This document shows, in pieces, positions 62,127-63,028 of a stretch of 63,028 nucleotides of DNA. Source of the DNA: Tolypothrix carrinoi HA7290-LM1 (GTDB lineage Bacteria > Cyanobacteriota > Cyanobacteriia > Cyanobacteriales > Nostocaceae); the NCBI GenBank assembly GCA_019358935.1, contig JAHHIK010000042.1, positions 1 to 63,028 on the forward strand. Reading direction: 5' to 3'. The translations under genes and the position numbers were made by a program. Numbering within the stretch: the first letter of the stretch is position 1; each line of letters starts with the position of its first letter. The notes beneath the pieces were generated by a model. It saw only the letters and a program-made list of their open reading frames with translations. It made no database searches and was not told where the DNA came from.

Positions 62127-62903
62127 ATGTCTAACTTTGTATTCGTGCTTGATACCAACAAACAACCGTTAAGTCCAGTCCATCCAGGGCAAGCAAGGCG
62201 ACTATTAAATTTACAACAAGCTGCGGTGTATCGGCGCTACCCATTCACAATCATATTAAAATATGCAGTTCCCGACCGCACAATACAGCCCTGTAAACTA
62301 AAGATTGATCCAGGCTCTAAAACTACTGGCTTGGCGATTGTGCAAGATGATAAAGTTATCTGGGGTGCTGAGTTGACGCACCGAGGACAGCAAATCAAGG
62401 ATGACTTAGAATCGCGTCGCGCTATTCGTCGCAACCGTCGCAATCGCAAAACTCGTTACCGCAAACCGCGTTTTTTGAACCGTACTCGAAGAGAAGGATG
62501 GTTGCCACCAAGCCTAGAATCTAGGATTGAAAATATCCTTACTTGGGTTAGGCGAATAACTCGATATGTCCCGATTACAGGGATATCTCAAGAACTGGTC
62601 AAATTCGATCTTCAAGCAATGCAAAATCCACAAGTTTCGGGGAAAGAGTACCAGCAAGGCGAACTTGCAGGGTATGAAGTCAGAGAGTACTTACTAGAGA
62701 AGTGGGGTAGGAAGTGCGCTTACTGTGGTGCTGAAAACGTGCCTTTTGAAATAGAACACATTCACCCGAAATCAAAGGGAGGTAGCGATCGCGTTTCTAA
62801 CCTCACTCTTGCTTGCCATTTATGCAACCAAGCCAAGGGTAATAGAGATATTAAAGATTTTCTAGCCAAAAAGCCTGACGTGCTATCCCATGTTTTAAGA
62901 CAA
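62127..62903 (+). pseudogene. iscB: RNA-guided endonuclease IscB, truncated before RuvC-III by an IS insertion
   Basis: VFVLD..KQPLSP..PGQARRLL (PLMP); IDPGSKTTG RuvC-I; Arg-rich bridge helix; QELVKFD RuvC-II; CAYC..EHIHPKSKGGSDRVSNL HNH. Confidence 0.92.
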
Positions 62904-63028
62904 TTGACATCCTCCCCGGTCTGAAGACACGGGGATTCCAAGAATCACTTCTTGGGTTTCCTCTTTCCGCGACTCGGCTTATTTAAAGGAGTTTCCCCAC
63001 CCAAACAGAGGTCGATGTCTCCAGAGGC
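62904..63028 (-). mobile_element. Right end and omegaRNA region of an IS200/IS605-family (tnpB) element
   Basis: Minus strand ends GAATCCCCGTGTCTTCAGACCGGGGAGGATGTCAA, a typical right-end hairpin plus TCAA. Confidence 0.85.
62945..63028 (-). CDS. tnpB: C-terminal tail of TnpB (partial, runs off the window)
   Basis: ASGDIDLCLGGETPLNKPSRGKRKPKK* immediately before the IS605-type right end; catalytic domains not visible. Confidence 0.7.
   Translation of the reverse strand, partial: ASGDIDLCLGGETPLNKPSRGKRKPKK

Overview
Chromosomal segment of a heterocystous-type (Nostocales-like) cyanobacterium, judged from abundant HIP1 GCGATCGC sites, heptamer STRR tracts and XisH/XisI. Left to right: the 3' end of a tRNA array with a disrupted HNH gene (six tRNA or tRNA-like genes, several decayed); a general-stress cluster (lti-like, dps, TIGR02587/02588, csbD, glsB-like) and a kptA remnant; three single-module NRPS genes (C-A-T-TE, C-A-T, betaHD-C-A-NMT-T) interleaved with an alpha/beta hydrolase and a Ser/Thr-His multi-kinase plus hybrid response regulator; an alpha-2-macroglobulin gene broken by one in-frame TAA, with mscS between two copies of its 3' end; pbpC; a Ser/Thr kinase; two secreted proteins; YcjF, DUF937 and AAA-CHASE2 with a DUF928-like micropeptide; a collapsed EPS locus; two His kinases with complementary defects; a heme-oxygenase-like diiron enzyme plus methyltransferase; a toxin-antitoxin pair bracketed by HIP1 direct repeats; xisH/xisI; and an IscB/omegaRNA element interrupted by a TnpB element. 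Best candidates for novelty: (1) the NRPS-kinase-hydrolase unit as a possible Ile-NMeLeu-Phe peptide signalling circuit, sharing a 7-2-7 box with the stress genes; (2) a TnpB element whose predicted guide is iscB sequence; (3) the AAA-CHASE2/micropeptide and HDO/methyltransferase pairs. All family calls come from motifs read by eye; no searches were run.
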